Source: Myxococcales bacterium (lineage in GTDB: Bacteria > Myxococcota_A > Polyangia > Polyangiales > Polyangiaceae). From it: a stretch of 64,000 nt of DNA. A model generated the notes under the pieces. It ran no database searches, was not told where the DNA came from, and was given only the letters and a program-made list of their open reading frames with translations. The stretch is from NCBI GenBank assembly GCA_016703425.1, contig JADJCA010000011.1, positions 186,050-250,049 on the forward strand, in the 5' to 3' direction. Position numbers and translations under genes: made by a program. The stretch's first letter is position 1. Each line of letters starts with the position of its first letter. This document shows positions 19,594 to 30,815 of this stretch, one piece after another.

Positions 19594-20865
19594 TCACCGC
19601 ACCGCGATGCGCGTTCCGTCGCTCACGCGCTCGCTCGGGTGGAGGACCACGCGCTCGTTGTCGGAGAGACCCTTCGTGATCTCCACCTCCGCCTCGCTGC
19701 GCGCGCCGAGCTCTACCGCCGCGAGCTTCGCCACGTCACCACGAATCACGTACGTCGCCCATCCGGCCTCATGACGAAACACGGCCCCGAGCGGCAGCGA
19801 CAACACGTTCTTCTGCTCGGCCACCACGATGCGCACTTCAACCCGGTAGCCGTCGCCGAGCGCTGACCACTTCTCCTTCGGCTCGTCGAGGTCGAGGACC
19901 ACCGTCGCGCGTTGCTCCTCGACGCCGAGCGCCGAGAGGCGCGTGACCGCCGACGGCTCGACGAGCTTCACGTGCGCCATCAGCGGCGCGCCGCCCCATC
20001 GCATCACCGCAGCTCGTGCCCCGGGCCGCAATCGCACGGCGTCGGCGGTCAGCAAGTCGCTCACGATCTCGAGCCGCGCCGGGTCGCCCAGCTCGAAGAG
20101 TGGCGTCGCCGGTTGCACGACGCCGGCGCTCTCCCGCACCACGCGAAGGACGCGTCCCGACACCGGCGCCGTGACGTCGAAGCGCTCCTCGGCCGCGCCA
20201 CCGTCGAAACGCTTCAACGCGGCCGCCGCCATCTGAGCCTCGTGGGCCGCCATCTGCGTCGCAAAACGCGCCGACAGAACCTCCTGCGCGCGCATCTGCG
20301 CCTCCAGCTCCGCGTCGCGCAATCGATCGGGTGGGAGACTGCCGCTCTCGACGAGCTTCTTCGTGCGCGACAGCTCATCGGCCGCGTGGGACTCGGCCAA
20401 TGTGACGCGTGCCACCGACGCGCGCGACTGCCTTTCGGCGGCCGCCGCACCAAGGGAGCGCGCTTGGGCTTCCGCCCGCGTTCGCGCGTCGAGCAGGGCC
20501 GCACTCATGGGCACGATGCTCGCGAGCACGCTGCCCTCCTTGACAACGTCGCCGGGCCGCAGCTCGATGCGGAGCAAGCTCCCCGCCGTGGGAGCCGAAA
20601 CGACGTAGCGATCGCGAACGCGCGTCTTCGCCATCTCTTCGATGGTGACGACGAGATCGCCGCGACGAGCGGCCACGCCCTCTACTGACACGGGCGCTGT
20701 GCGGAGCGACAGAGCCGCGATGCTCACGACGCCGAGGACGGCCACGCCCCAGGCGACGCGCCGGATGAAGCGCGAACGCTTTTGGCGGCGCACGGCGACG
20801 TCGTGAGCAGTCGGGCCCGAAGTACCCGCGTGAGCGTTGGTGGAGGTGGCGGGCGTCATGATCAT
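19594..20865 (-). CDS. HlyD-family periplasmic adaptor (membrane fusion protein) of the ABC efflux system
   Basis: N-terminal TM (VAWGVAVLGVVSIAALSL), long coiled-coil region, C-terminal beta-barrel-like segment. Start overlaps the permease stop by 4 nt. Confidence 0.85.
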   Translation of the reverse strand: MIMTPATSTNAHAGTSGPTAHDVAVRRQKRSRFIRRVAWGVAVLGVVSIAALSLRTAPVSVEGVAARRGDLVVTIEEMAKTRVRDRYVVSAPTAGSLLRIELRPGDVVKEGSVLASIVPMSAALLDARTRAEAQARSLGAAAAERQSRASVARVTLAESHAADELSRTKKLVESGSLPPDRLRDAELEAQMRAQEVLSARFATQMAAHEAQMAAAALKRFDGGAAEERFDVTAPVSGRVLRVVRESAGVVQPATPLFELGDPARLEIVSDLLTADAVRLRPGARAAVMRWGGAPLMAHVKLVEPSAVTRLSALGVEEQRATVVLDLDEPKEKWSALGDGYRVEVRIVVAEQKNVLSLPLGAVFRHEAGWATYVIRGDVAKLAAVELGARSEAEVEITKGLSDNERVVLHPSERVSDGTRIAVR

Positions 20866-23225
20866 TCCCTCGTCTTGAGCACAGCGATGAGATCCAGTCG
20901 GTCGAGGCGACGACGCACGAGCAGCGCGCTCGTGACCCCGGCGAGGATCGTGATGAGCGCCGCGAACGCGTAGGTGCGCAGCGACATGTACGGCGGAAGC
21001 CGGTAGGTCTCGGGGTCGACGGAGCCCATGAGGAGCATGACGATGAGCTTCCCCAAGGCGAGGCCGAAGGGCAGACCCGCCAGCACGTAGAACGCCAGCT
21101 CCGAGAGGAGCATCGACGAGACCTCACGCCGCGTGAAGCCCAGGACCCGCAACGTCGCCAGATCACGGCCGCGCATGGAGAGGGCGATGCGCGCTTGGTT
21201 GTAGACCACACCGAATGCGATCACGGCACCAAACAGCGTGAGAACCGTCGTAGACACCCAAACGTGGGACGTCTGCTCCCAGAAGCGCCTCAGCATCTCT
21301 TTGCGTCGCGTGACGGCGAGCACGCGCGGCATCTTCTTGAAGCGCTCGACGACGAGCTCGTCTTGCGTGGGATCGGTTCGGACGAGCACCGACGAGACGT
21401 TGCCGTCTTCGCCGAGCAGGGGCGCCAGCGTGGTGATGGGCGCGTAGGCGAGGAGGCCGAAGACGTCAGGCAAGACGGCACTCACGTTCGCCGTGAGGTG
21501 TCGTCGGTCGCCCTCGAGAAGCTCGAGCTCGACGGCGCGACCGACGCCCGTGTGCAGCGCCCGTGCGAGCGCTTCGCTGAGCACGACGCCGGCGGGCGGG
21601 AACGGCAGCCGTTGCCGCGGCCAGGTGGCGACGCCGCGGAGCGGGTGAACCGCGTCGCTAAGTCCAATGATCGCGGTGTCTCGATAGCGTTGGTCGACTC
21701 GCATGCGAACGGGAACGACACGTTGCGGTTGCGCCTCCAACACGCCCGGCACGGCGGCGATCTCGCGCACGACGCCCTTGGTGAGGGGCCCCTGAAAGGT
21801 CACTTCGTAGTCCTCACGCTGCGCGCCTTCGAACTGCAGGTCGAGCATCAGGGGCATGGCGTCGTAGGTAAACCGCGAGCCACCAATGACCGACGCACCG
21901 AGCGCGATGCCGAGGCAAGAGAGCGCGGTGCGCCCGGGCCGCCGCATGAGCTCCCGGGCGACCATGCGCAGCGGTGCGCCGAGCGGCGAGAGGAGCCCGA
22001 GTCGCTCTAGCAGCGATGGTCGATACGACGGCGGCGCCTCGGGCATCATCGCCTCGGCCGCCGGCAGGCGCGCGGCGCGAAGGACGGTCGAGAGGGCACC
22101 TCCGACGCCCGCCGCGACGCTGACGAGGACGGCCGTAGCGACGATGCGCGGCGAGAGGGTGTGCTCCAGCGTGGCGAAGCGAAAGAACGGTCGATAGAGG
22201 GAGACCATGCCGCGGCCGAGGATGTCGCCGAGCAACGTGCCGAGGATCGCGCCGGCGGCCACCACGACGGCCACGAAGCTCACGTAGTGGAGGGCGATCT
22301 CGTGGCGAAAGTAGCCAACGGCCTTGAGCGTCGCGATCTGCGCGCGTTGAAGGTGGAGCATCCTCGCGAGCACGACGTTCACGAGGAAGGCCGCGACTCC
22401 GAGGAAGATCGCCGGCAGCACCACGGCGAAGCTCTGGAGTTGGCTGAGCTCGCTGCTCAAGACGTGGTTGGAGAGCTGCTTCTCGCGCCCCTCAACGGAG
22501 CGCACGCCGAAGGGCTCGAGAATGCGCCGCACGTCGGCAAGCACGGGCTCGACGGGCGCGCCGGGCTGCAGCGAAAAGGCCACGTCGTTGAAGCAGCCCT
22601 CCATGCGAAACGGCGCTGCGAGCGCCGCCCGCTCCATCCAGAGGATGCCGCTCCGGCGGTCGTCTTGGACGAAGCTGCCGGCCCCCACAGCGAAGACGAA
22701 CTCGGGCGAGAGGCCGATGCCCACGACGCGCAGCGTGCGGAGCGTCCCGTTGATGACCGCGGGCAAGGCGTCGCCGGGCGCGAGCCGATGGGCCGCAGCG
22801 AAGGGCTCCGACACAACGACCTCGTCGCTGCGGCCTGGTTCGGGCGTTCGGCCGAGCCGCAAGTGAAGCGCGTTGAGGGGCGCTTCGCCCGAGGGTGGCA
22901 GGCTCACGAGCTGCGCCACCGCCGGCTCGGCCATATCGGCGAGGGGCAACATCACCGCCTCGACCACGCGCGTGTAGACGCGCGAGACGTGGGGCACCGC
23001 CTCGAGTCGTGACGCGAGCGAGTCAGGCGCGCGCTCGAGGTGCGCGAAGACGTCGGCGAAGCGGCGATCGGCGTAGTACGCGTCTCGCGCGACGAGGAGC
23101 GAGTCGTAGGCCGAGCGCATGGCGACGAACGACGCGATACCGCAAGCGACGACGAGCGCGATGGTCACGGCTTGGCCCCACATGAGGAGCAGATCCTTCG
23201 TGAGCTTTCGCGTGAGGGCCTTCAC
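20862..23225 (-). CDS. ABC transporter permease, FtsX/MacB type with two FtsX domains
   Basis: 788 aa from a GTG that overlaps the ATPase stop (GTGA). N-terminus [34 protein letters not shown] is a typical FtsX start. Two groups of four TM helices. Confidence 0.85.
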   Translation of the reverse strand: MKALTRKLTKDLLLMWGQAVTIALVVACGIASFVAMRSAYDSLLVARDAYYADRRFADVFAHLERAPDSLASRLEAVPHVSRVYTRVVEAVMLPLADMAEPAVAQLVSLPPSGEAPLNALHLRLGRTPEPGRSDEVVVSEPFAAAHRLAPGDALPAVINGTLRTLRVVGIGLSPEFVFAVGAGSFVQDDRRSGILWMERAALAAPFRMEGCFNDVAFSLQPGAPVEPVLADVRRILEPFGVRSVEGREKQLSNHVLSSELSQLQSFAVVLPAIFLGVAAFLVNVVLARMLHLQRAQIATLKAVGYFRHEIALHYVSFVAVVVAAGAILGTLLGDILGRGMVSLYRPFFRFATLEHTLSPRIVATAVLVSVAAGVGGALSTVLRAARLPAAEAMMPEAPPSYRPSLLERLGLLSPLGAPLRMVARELMRRPGRTALSCLGIALGASVIGGSRFTYDAMPLMLDLQFEGAQREDYEVTFQGPLTKGVVREIAAVPGVLEAQPQRVVPVRMRVDQRYRDTAIIGLSDAVHPLRGVATWPRQRLPFPPAGVVLSEALARALHTGVGRAVELELLEGDRRHLTANVSAVLPDVFGLLAYAPITTLAPLLGEDGNVSSVLVRTDPTQDELVVERFKKMPRVLAVTRRKEMLRRFWEQTSHVWVSTTVLTLFGAVIAFGVVYNQARIALSMRGRDLATLRVLGFTRREVSSMLLSELAFYVLAGLPFGLALGKLIVMLLMGSVDPETYRLPPYMSLRTYAFAALITILAGVTSALLVRRRLDRLDLIAVLKTRE

Positions 23226-23953
23226 CAGACCACCTCGCTCGGAGGCACGCGCGCCGAGTTTGGCCGATCTTCGACGATACGACCGTTGCTCATGCGCACG
23301 ATGCGATCGGCCATCTGCGCGATGGGAGCGTTGTGCGTAATGAGCGCCGTTGTGGTGCCGAGCGTTCGGTTGATGTTCTCGATGACCTCGAGAACGATGC
23401 GGCCTGTTTGGCAATCGAGCGCGCCGGTCGGCTCATCGCACAAAAGCAGGTCGGGCCGCTTGGCGATGGCCCGCGCGATGGCGACGCGCTGTTGCTCGCC
23501 GCCGGAGAGCTGCGACGGAAAGTGATCGACGCGATCGCCGAGGCCGACGAGCTCAAGGGCTTCCTTGGCGTCGAGCGGCGCGTCGGCGATGTCCGTCACG
23601 AGCGCGACGTTCTCACGGGCCGTGAGGCTCGGGATCAGGTTGTAGAACTGGAAGACGAAGCCGACGTGCTCGCGACGATAGGCCGTGAGGTTCGCTTCGT
23701 CGGTGGCGGTCAGGTCGTGATCACCGTAAGTGACGGCGCCGGCTGTGGGCGTATCGAGCCCGCCCAAGATGTTGAGCAAGGTTGACTTGCCGCTGCCCGA
23801 GGCGCCGAGGAGCGCCATGAGCTCGCCGGCGTGGAGGTCGAGGTCGACGCCCCTTAGTGCGATGACGTCGACCTCCCCCATGCGGTACACCTTCGTCAGC
23901 CCGCGGGCCGTGAGGACGACGCGCCGCTCGGGCACTTTGGCGGCGAAGACCAT
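23222..23953 (-). CDS. ABC transporter ATP-binding protein (MacB/LolD-like)
   Basis: Walker [10 protein letters not shown], signature [14 protein letters not shown], Walker [14 protein letters not shown]-loop ITHN. Confidence 0.9.
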   Translation of the reverse strand: MVFAAKVPERRVVLTARGLTKVYRMGEVDVIALRGVDLDLHAGELMALLGASGSGKSTLLNILGGLDTPTAGAVTYGDHDLTATDEANLTAYRREHVGFVFQFYNLIPSLTARENVALVTDIADAPLDAKEALELVGLGDRVDHFPSQLSGGEQQRVAIARAIAKRPDLLLCDEPTGALDCQTGRIVLEVIENINRTLGTTTALITHNAPIAQMADRIVRMSNGRIVEDRPNSARVPPSEVVW

Positions 23954-24115
23954 CGCGCCGTGTCCAGCAAGTGGTATGCCGTCTCGCGAGGCGGGTTATT
24001 CCTTGGGCAGCGTGACGCGCGCGCACCGTCTGCATCAGGCGGCAGCGCTTGCACGAAGGTGCCGTGAAGGATTTCTTCGTTTCTCGCCCCTCGGCCCCTT
24101 CGATATTCTCCGGCG

Positions 24116-24340
24116 ATGAGCGCCGCTAAAAAGGGAACCATCGTCGGCTTTCAACGCGAGCAGGGCTTCGGCAAGGTGAACGTGGAGGGCGAAGGCGAGC
24201 TGCCGTTTGACGCCGTCGTCGCGGGCCCGCCGCCGGAGCAGCTCGTGGCCGGCGCCTCCGTCTGGGTCGAAACCGGACCGTCACGCATCCCCGGCCGCAC
24301 GAAGGTGACGAAGCTCTGGATCGGCGACACGCCTCCCTGA
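24116..24340 (+). CDS. hypothetical small protein (74 aa)
   Basis: ORF with plausible composition (GTIVGFQREQGFGKVNVEGEGELPFD). No motif seen. Confidence 0.3.
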   Translation: MSAAKKGTIVGFQREQGFGKVNVEGEGELPFDAVVAGPPPEQLVAGASVWVETGPSRIPGRTKVTKLWIGDTPP

Positions 24341-24358
24341 GCCGGTCGCCTCGATGAG

Positions 24359-26416
24359 TTAGTCGAGCGAGAACCGCCCGACGGCGCGCTCGCCACACTT
24401 CTCGCCCGCGACGACTTCGCCACCGCGGAGGCACACGACCGCCTGTTCGGCGTCGCCGAAGATCTCTAGCGCTCCGTCTTCGAAGCGCGCCACCGCACCG
24501 AAGGACCACGCGTACAGACGCGCCGAGCGCTTGCCCGTGAGCACGTCGAAGAGGGTCGCCGAACGCGCGCCCAACGAATCGTCGAGGGCGACGGCGCGGC
24601 GGCCGCCGCCGATGACGTTGGCCACGCGCTCCGGCGCATCCACGCGCCGCACCGGCTCGAGCGTCTTCGCCGAGAGGAGCTCCAGGTAGGTCGCGCCTTT
24701 CGTGCGGAAGGGCCGACAGAGGACCGCGACGAGCTCGTGGGCCATGGCCGCGCTGTAGCAAGCGTCCGGCAGCTCACGCGACGGCGCGCGCGCGCCGTCG
24801 GGGCTCACCAAGCGGACCGTCGTCGTGCCGGAGCGCGACGCCATCTCGAGCACGCGCGCGCCGGCACCGTCGACGACAAGTCCGTAGTCCGCGGGCGGCG
24901 GAAGGCGGGCACACTTCGCTTGCGTACAAAGGCAGGCGCCCTCGGAGCTGAAGTAGAGGTCGTGCTCGTCGAGCGCTCGATGCTCCGTGAAGCGGGGCGA
25001 GCACGGCGCCCGGCGCGGAAAGGGCGAGCGAGCCGCGCCCGCGTCGTCACGCGTCAGGCGCCGCGGCGGCGCGTCTCTGTTGACGTAGTCGCGAACCTCG
25101 AAGACGCCGCGCTGAACGCCCAACGCGAGAGGCTGCGTGTCTCGCGTTTGCGGAACACCCAAGTTTGCGCGCGTCTCGCCGCTCGCGAGGTCGAGTACCG
25201 ACAGGCCCCCGTCGACGCCGAAGGCCGCGGCGTAGCGGTCATCGGGCGACGGGACCGCACTGCACAGGGCCGACACGTCGCTCGTCTTCGGTCCGATGAC
25301 ACACGGCCGATCGTCACCGGAGTGTTGCGCGCTCACGCCGCTCCTTAGGACTGGTCGCTCCAACGCGGTCAAGCCACGGACCGCGTGCGTGGCGGGATCG
25401 AGGGCAACGTACGCGACCCTTCCCGCGCTCCGCCGAACGACGACGGTGTCGTCACCACGAACAAGGAGCGGCATCAGCGGTTCGAACCCCTCGGGCGGCT
25501 CGCCGGGCCCCGTGTGCACGCGATCGCGGTGCACGAAGGGCTCCGGCAGCGGGAACGAGCGACGCGCCGGAGGAGCGGCAAGCGTCACGACCGTCACCGA
25601 CGTCCCACAATCCACAACGACGCGCCGGCCGATGGTGTCGAGCGTCTCGCGCACGGTGATGCCTCCCGACTTGCACGACGTGGGGACCTCCTCTGTGACC
25701 TCCGCGACCGGATCGAGGACCCGAACCATCTCGTGACGAACGCCGACCAACACGTCGCCCACCCAGACGCCGCCCGCGTGCTCGTGGGACCAGCCGGGCA
25801 CGCGTCGCCCATCGCTCACGCGAAAGACACCGCTGTCGGTTGCGACGAATCGAGCCTTGCCATCGAAGCGCGCCCCCTTGCCCGGTAGCGTTCGAAGCGG
25901 AGCGCCCGTTGCGACGTCCACGAGGCTCGTCGCGTCGCCCGCGTCGCCACTGCCGGAGGTCGCAGCGATGGAGCCGTCGGCGCTGAGCGCGAGTTCGAAC
26001 GACTGCGCCCCTTTCGTGGCAACCCATGAGCGCTTGCGGCGACCGCCCTCGACGACGTGAACGTCACCCGTGTTCGCGTAGACGACGGCAACGTCCGCGC
26101 CTTTGGCCGCCGCGAGCGCGACGAGACGGTCGCCCGGCGGCAGCGCGACGAGCGTCGTCTTTCCGCTTGGGAGCTCGAGGCGCCAGAGGTCCTCCTGGCT
26201 GTAAGCATAGAGACGCGATGAGCCGGCCCACGCCACGCCGACGATGGCGTGCTCGCCGCCCATCACGAGCGCCGCGAGCGGCGGCGGCACGACCGGACCG
26301 GCGTCGACGACCGGCCGCGGCGCTGTCTTTTGGGCTCGGCACGACGCGAGGCTGAGCGCGACCGCGATGAGGACCGCCGGCGCGCCGAGGCTTGACCTCG
26401 TTACGCCTTGCTTCAA
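24359..26416 (-). CDS. large hypothetical lipoprotein (685 aa), probably beta-rich/propeller-like
   Basis: MKQGVTRSSLGAPAVLIAVALSLASCRAQ lipobox. Repeated Val/Gly/Asp-rich beta-strand-like segments. Confidence 0.5.
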   Translation of the reverse strand: MKQGVTRSSLGAPAVLIAVALSLASCRAQKTAPRPVVDAGPVVPPPLAALVMGGEHAIVGVAWAGSSRLYAYSQEDLWRLELPSGKTTLVALPPGDRLVALAAAKGADVAVVYANTGDVHVVEGGRRKRSWVATKGAQSFELALSADGSIAATSGSGDAGDATSLVDVATGAPLRTLPGKGARFDGKARFVATDSGVFRVSDGRRVPGWSHEHAGGVWVGDVLVGVRHEMVRVLDPVAEVTEEVPTSCKSGGITVRETLDTIGRRVVVDCGTSVTVVTLAAPPARRSFPLPEPFVHRDRVHTGPGEPPEGFEPLMPLLVRGDDTVVVRRSAGRVAYVALDPATHAVRGLTALERPVLRSGVSAQHSGDDRPCVIGPKTSDVSALCSAVPSPDDRYAAAFGVDGGLSVLDLASGETRANLGVPQTRDTQPLALGVQRGVFEVRDYVNRDAPPRRLTRDDAGAARSPFPRRAPCSPRFTEHRALDEHDLYFSSEGACLCTQAKCARLPPPADYGLVVDGAGARVLEMASRSGTTTVRLVSPDGARAPSRELPDACYSAAMAHELVAVLCRPFRTKGATYLELLSAKTLEPVRRVDAPERVANVIGGGRRAVALDDSLGARSATLFDVLTGKRSARLYAWSFGAVARFEDGALEIFGDAEQAVVCLRGGEVVAGEKCGERAVGRFSLD

Positions 26417-27402
26417 GCGGAAGGCCGAGCGCTCGGCGCCGGCAGCTTGAGGTTCCGACGAATGCGAGCGATGGGGGCTTCAACGTCGGGCACGAAGGCC
26501 GTCCCCGTGATGCGCTCGAAGGCCTCGGCGTAACGGAGCGCCGCGCCAACGCGCACGTCGTCGGGCAAGGGCGGCGGTACGCCATCGCCCATGTACCCGA
26601 GCAAGGTGTAGTGACGACGCACGAAGTCCTTGTCGAGCGGCTCGGGATCTTGCCCGGCGGCGAAGCGCTCGTCGTAGCTCCCGGCGAGCCAGAACCGTGA
26701 CGAGTCGGGCGTGTGGATCTCGTCGATGACGACGATGCGTCCATCTTTCGTGCGCCCGAACTCGTATTTGGTGTCGACGAGGATGAGCCCCTGCGCGGCG
26801 CAGTGTTTCTGCCCCTCCGCGAACAGCGTGAAGGCGAGCTCCGCCGCGGCGTCGAAGTCCGAAGGTGTCACGTTACCGGTCTTGAGCATGTCGTCACGCG
26901 ATCCGCTCACGTCGTGCTGTCCCTTCGGCGCCTTCGTCGCGGGCGTGAGGATCGGTTCGGCGAGCTTCTGGTTCTTCTTCATGCCATCGGGCAGACGGTG
27001 ACCGCAGAAGACGCGCTCGCCGCGCTCGTAGTGCGTCCAAATGCTCGTCGAGGTGGTGCCCGTCAGATACGACCGAACGACCATCTCGACCAAGAGCGGC
27101 TCGCACTCGATGCACTCGAGGACGTTCGGGTCCGGCACCGTCAAGAGATGGTTGGGCACCGCGCCCTTGGTCTTCTCGAACCAAAAGGCGGCGAGGCGGT
27201 TCAGGATCTGGCCTTTGAAGGGGATGGTCCCGAGCACGTGATCGAAGGCGCTAATGCGATCGGTCACGACGATGAAGCGCTTGCCCTCGGCAGAGGAGTA
27301 GTTGTCGCGCACCTTCCCTTCGTATTTGGCGCCGAGCTCCGGGAAGTCGGTCGCGTCGAGGGTCATGCGGAGCGCTTTTTGGGCCGCGTCTTCGGTCAAC
27401 AT
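26413..27402 (-). CDS. purC: phosphoribosylaminoimidazole-succinocarboxamide synthase (SAICAR synthetase)
   Basis: MLTEDAAQKALRMTLDATDFPELGAKYEGKVRDNY...FIVVTDRISAFD...LILVDTKYEFG are conserved PurC blocks. 329 aa. The track ORF N-terminal extension is junk. Confidence 0.9.
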   Translation of the reverse strand: MLTEDAAQKALRMTLDATDFPELGAKYEGKVRDNYSSAEGKRFIVVTDRISAFDHVLGTIPFKGQILNRLAAFWFEKTKGAVPNHLLTVPDPNVLECIECEPLLVEMVVRSYLTGTTSTSIWTHYERGERVFCGHRLPDGMKKNQKLAEPILTPATKAPKGQHDVSGSRDDMLKTGNVTPSDFDAAAELAFTLFAEGQKHCAAQGLILVDTKYEFGRTKDGRIVVIDEIHTPDSSRFWLAGSYDERFAAGQDPEPLDKDFVRRHYTLLGYMGDGVPPPLPDDVRVGAALRYAEAFERITGTAFVPDVEAPIARIRRNLKLPAPSARPSA

Positions 27403-27543
27403 GGCCCGAGGATATCGCGCGCGCGCCGATGCGGAACGTTCCATCGCGACGAAGCGCTGCAGGGGCGCAACGGAGGGGCAAGACGAGCGGCCGCCGGCCG
27501 TGTCATCCTGGCGCCGTGTTCCTGGAGACGTTTTTCTGGAGCC

Positions 27544-28770
27544 GTGCCGAACGGTGAGCCTGTGGTAGCGAAGGAAAGCGCCGCGGCGTCGCCGCCGATC
27601 CTTGAACGTTGGGGCGTTCGCTACTTTCGCAACCTCTCGCGCGACGTCAAAGTCGTCGACGTCGACGGCGTCAACTACCTGAACCCGGAGGAGCGCAAAG
27701 CCCTGGCGGCGGTGGCACGAGGCGCCATCGTCCGCGCCGGCGTGGCGGGCACCCTCTCGACGCTCGTCTCGGCGACCGCCGAGGTTCTCGCGAACCCGCT
27801 CATCGCCTCTTCCGGTGGCGCGCCCACGCCCTGGTCGATGACGCTCCGCTTCTGGCTCATCGTCCTCGGCGCCACGACGCTCGCATCGATCATCGAGATT
27901 GCTTACCTCTACTGGGACGGCCTTCGCGCCGTGCATCGCATGGCCGTCGTCGCGGGCCTCGACCTCTTCGGCGAGGTCTCGAGCGAAGCGGGCCCCACGG
28001 ACGACGAGCGCGCCGCCGTCGCCGCGGGGCTGGCGCGCGCGGCTCTCGAGCTGCCGAACCCCGCCGGCCACGTCTTCGGCGTAAACCCCCACCGCCACGC
28101 GTCGCGGCTCCAGCTCGTGCTCGCCTCGCTCGTCTACAAGCTCAAGATCAGCGTCACGAGCTTTCTCGTGAAGGCCCTCGTGCGCCGCGCCCTGGGCCGC
28201 ACGGCGCTGCGCGGATGGCTCGACGCCCTCGTGCCCTTCGCCGCCGTGCCCGTAACGGCCGCTTGGAACGCCATCGTGGCGTGGCTCGTCTTGCGAGAAG
28301 CGCGGATTCGCACCATGGGTCCGTCGGCCGCCGCCGAGCTCACCGGCATCGTGCTCGATGACGCGGCCGCGCTCACCGAACCATGCCGGCAGACGCTCTT
28401 TCGGGCCGTCGCCTCGTCGATGGTGCGCACCGAGGACTTGCATCCGAACCTGGTCGCCCTCCTGGCGCACGTCGCGAAACGCCTCGATCTCGTGGCCATC
28501 GTCGAGAGTGACCACCTCGATCTAGGCGATCCAGCGCGCTTCTTGAGCGCGCTCCGCGACCTCGACGACGAGGAGCGCAAGCTATGCCTTCGCATGCTTT
28601 GCGTTGCCGCCATTCTCGACGGACGCGTCACGCGCAAGGAGCGCGCGCTCATCGAACAAGCCTTCGCGATGAGCGGGCTCGCGCCGAAGCTGGGCGTCCT
28701 TTCGAGCCTTCGCCGGTCCTTCGTGCGTGGCGACAAGATCCCCAAAGAGCGCGTGTTGTCATTGGCCTAG
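27544..28770 (+). CDS. hypothetical membrane protein (GTG start), divergent from purC
   Basis: In-frame GTG at 27544. Hydrophobic helices (LRFWLIVLGATTLASIIEIAYLYW, LVLASLVYKL, AVPVTAAWNAIVAWLVL). C-terminal soluble region. The 5-prime 830 nt of the track ORF is antisense to purC and was rejected. Confidence 0.45.
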   Translation: MPNGEPVVAKESAAASPPILERWGVRYFRNLSRDVKVVDVDGVNYLNPEERKALAAVARGAIVRAGVAGTLSTLVSATAEVLANPLIASSGGAPTPWSMTLRFWLIVLGATTLASIIEIAYLYWDGLRAVHRMAVVAGLDLFGEVSSEAGPTDDERAAVAAGLARAALELPNPAGHVFGVNPHRHASRLQLVLASLVYKLKISVTSFLVKALVRRALGRTALRGWLDALVPFAAVPVTAAWNAIVAWLVLREARIRTMGPSAAAELTGIVLDDAAALTEPCRQTLFRAVASSMVRTEDLHPNLVALLAHVAKRLDLVAIVESDHLDLGDPARFLSALRDLDDEERKLCLRMLCVAAILDGRVTRKERALIEQAFAMSGLAPKLGVLSSLRRSFVRGDKIPKERVLSLA

Positions 28771-28839
28771 CGCGGTCCGCGCGAGAGCGCGCCGGCAAAA
28801 GCGCGCCGTTTCTCGCCGCCGCGGTATACTCCGCGCGCG

Positions 28840-29292
28840 ATGGGCGTTGAGGAAGAGCGCGGGTTTCGTTCGATGCGCGGCGGCGCGTTGGTGCTGGCTT
28901 CGGGGGCGACGCTCGCGGGCACGGCGATGCTTGAGCCTGACGCACGCGGCTACGGCACCATCGAGCAGCTCGGCCTCGTCGACGCGTGCCCCGCGTCGAA
29001 GGCCCCCGAGTGCCCAAGCTGCGGACTCCTGACGAGCGTGGTCCACGGCGTCCGCGGTGAGTTCGTCTCTTCGGTTCGCACGCACGGCGCCGGCCTTCCG
29101 CTCGTGTTGTGCTTCGTGTGGGCCTTCGTCTTCGGCGTGACTGAGCTCTTGCCGCGCCCGCTCTTCACGCGACGCCTTCGTCGACGGATCTCCTTCGGGC
29201 TCGCGCTCGCCGTCGGCCTCGGCGCGGTCGTCACCGCCGGCACGCGCACGTGGGAGCACACCCCCATGGGCGCGCTCCACCACGGACACTGA
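28840..29292 (+). CDS. hypothetical small membrane protein with CPxC motif
   Basis: CPASKAPECPSCG and a hydrophobic helix LPLVLCFVWAFVFGV. Confidence 0.3.
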   Translation: MGVEEERGFRSMRGGALVLASGATLAGTAMLEPDARGYGTIEQLGLVDACPASKAPECPSCGLLTSVVHGVRGEFVSSVRTHGAGLPLVLCFVWAFVFGVTELLPRPLFTRRLRRRISFGLALAVGLGAVVTAGTRTWEHTPMGALHHGH

Positions 29293-29311
29293 CCCGCCTC
29301 GGTGAGGAGCG

Positions 29312-30560
29312 TCACATCGGTCGCGCCGGGCACGCTCCCGCCGGCTGAGCCAAGGACTTCGAGGCGCAGCCGCGGTTGTGCCTGAAGTAGAGCTGTCGGT
29401 CGCCCCATTTCGACGGCAAGAACGCCGACGTGGCCACGAGGCGGCCGATGACGGCGCCTCCCGCTTCGTGCAGCGACGCGACGCGAACGGTGTGCAGCAC
29501 CACGGGCGCTGCTTCCGACGCGTCCTTCGTGAGCTCCGCGAGCACGATGCGGTAGTCGGTCTTGGGATCGGCAGCGAGGATGCTCGCCGCGCGGCTCTTG
29601 AGCTCCGGGTTGGGCTCGAAGGTCAGGTGTTTCGGCGTGTTCATGGAGAGCGACGAAGTGCCGCTGGCGACCATGCGATAGCCGAGGTGGTCGAGCGGCA
29701 AGAACCGCGGGCTCGGCTGCACGAAGCCCAAGAGCTCGACGCCAGCGCGGATCGCCGCGCCGCTGATGCCCGTGCCGTCGGTGAGAAACTCGTTGGAGAA
29801 GGGGCGCTCGAAGACGTTGTAGCTCGGCGCTCCGTCACGGGACTCTTGCGGGCGCATCCCGTTCATCACGTGCAGGTCAACGGACGCTCCTTGATCGGTG
29901 AACAGCTTGATGCCCATGCCCGGCACAAATCCGATCATCGCTTCCGCACCGCCCGACGAGACGCGCGCGAGGCCTCGCACGCGCGACTCGGAGAAACCTG
30001 GCGCCGGGGCCGATAGGACCCCCGTGTAAGGCGTGCCGGGGTCGATGCGAAGCTCGATCTTCGCCGTCGAACCGAACGGGTGAAAGAGCTTCTTGCGGCC
30101 CACCGGAAGCTCATCGCCACCTGTGTGATCGAAGGCCGGCGAGAGCAACTTCGAGTGCGACAGGATGCTCATCATCACTTGGTAGTCGGCGCGGCCGAGG
30201 CTACCAAGCAGGGTCGGCGATGCGAAGCCCCCCATCACCGGCGGGGCAACGCCTGAGCGCAGCGACGAGCGCCTCGCCTGAGATGGAGCCGCCGAGACCG
30301 CAGCGCAACTCACCGGGCGACGAGAGCCGATCCCACGCTGCCTTCTGCTTCTCATCGGCGGGCTTCGCGTCGAAGTTCGCGCCCAGGCTCGGCCCGCGGG
30401 ACACCTCACCCACGATCGACTCGACGACTTCGTCGTCGCTCATGTTGAGCAGCGCGCCCTCGTCGGCGTCGGCCGGCTCTTCGGAGGCGGGGGCGGAGCA
30501 GGCGATGGACGCGGCGGCCAACGCGAGCGGAAGGAGGGTACGAAGGGGGCGCATTCTCAT
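29312..30560 (-). pseudogene. secreted lipoprotein gene interrupted by a 1-nt frameshift at a C6/G6 homopolymer (30229-30234)
   Basis: Frame A gives MRPLRTLLPLALAAASIACSAPA (lipobox) and runs to a stop at 30201. Frame B continues with a protein-like sequence from GGFASPTLLGSLGRADYQVMMSIL. Removing one G joins them in frame. Confidence 0.5.
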
Positions 30561-30815
30561 GTTGGCTTCTCCGATTGAGAAGCGATTGCACCGGCCGTGC
30601 CGTTCAACCTGCGCAAATGGCGCAAGGTCGTGGCGCGCCGATCCATCGAAACAAGCCCACCACGGCCAGGCCCGATGTTAAGAAACGGGCGTCATTTCGC
30701 AAAACGTCCGGTCGGCGCTGGACAACGCTGAACCCACCTCCGCACTCCTTCGCGTGGACGCGCGCGATCCAAGGCCCCGACCATGGGTCGACGGTCACTC
30801 GCCGTCGACGGCGAC

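Noticed and set aside
20375-22010. ORFs 20375-21211 (-) and 21195-22010 (+)
   Set aside because: Overlap the HlyD/FtsX permease genes in other frames. Arg-rich composition.
26713-27540. 5-prime 830 nt of the 685-aa plus-strand ORF 26713-28770
   Set aside because: Antisense to purC, which has unambiguous conserved motifs. Arg/Gly-rich translation. The real gene starts at an internal GTG (27544).
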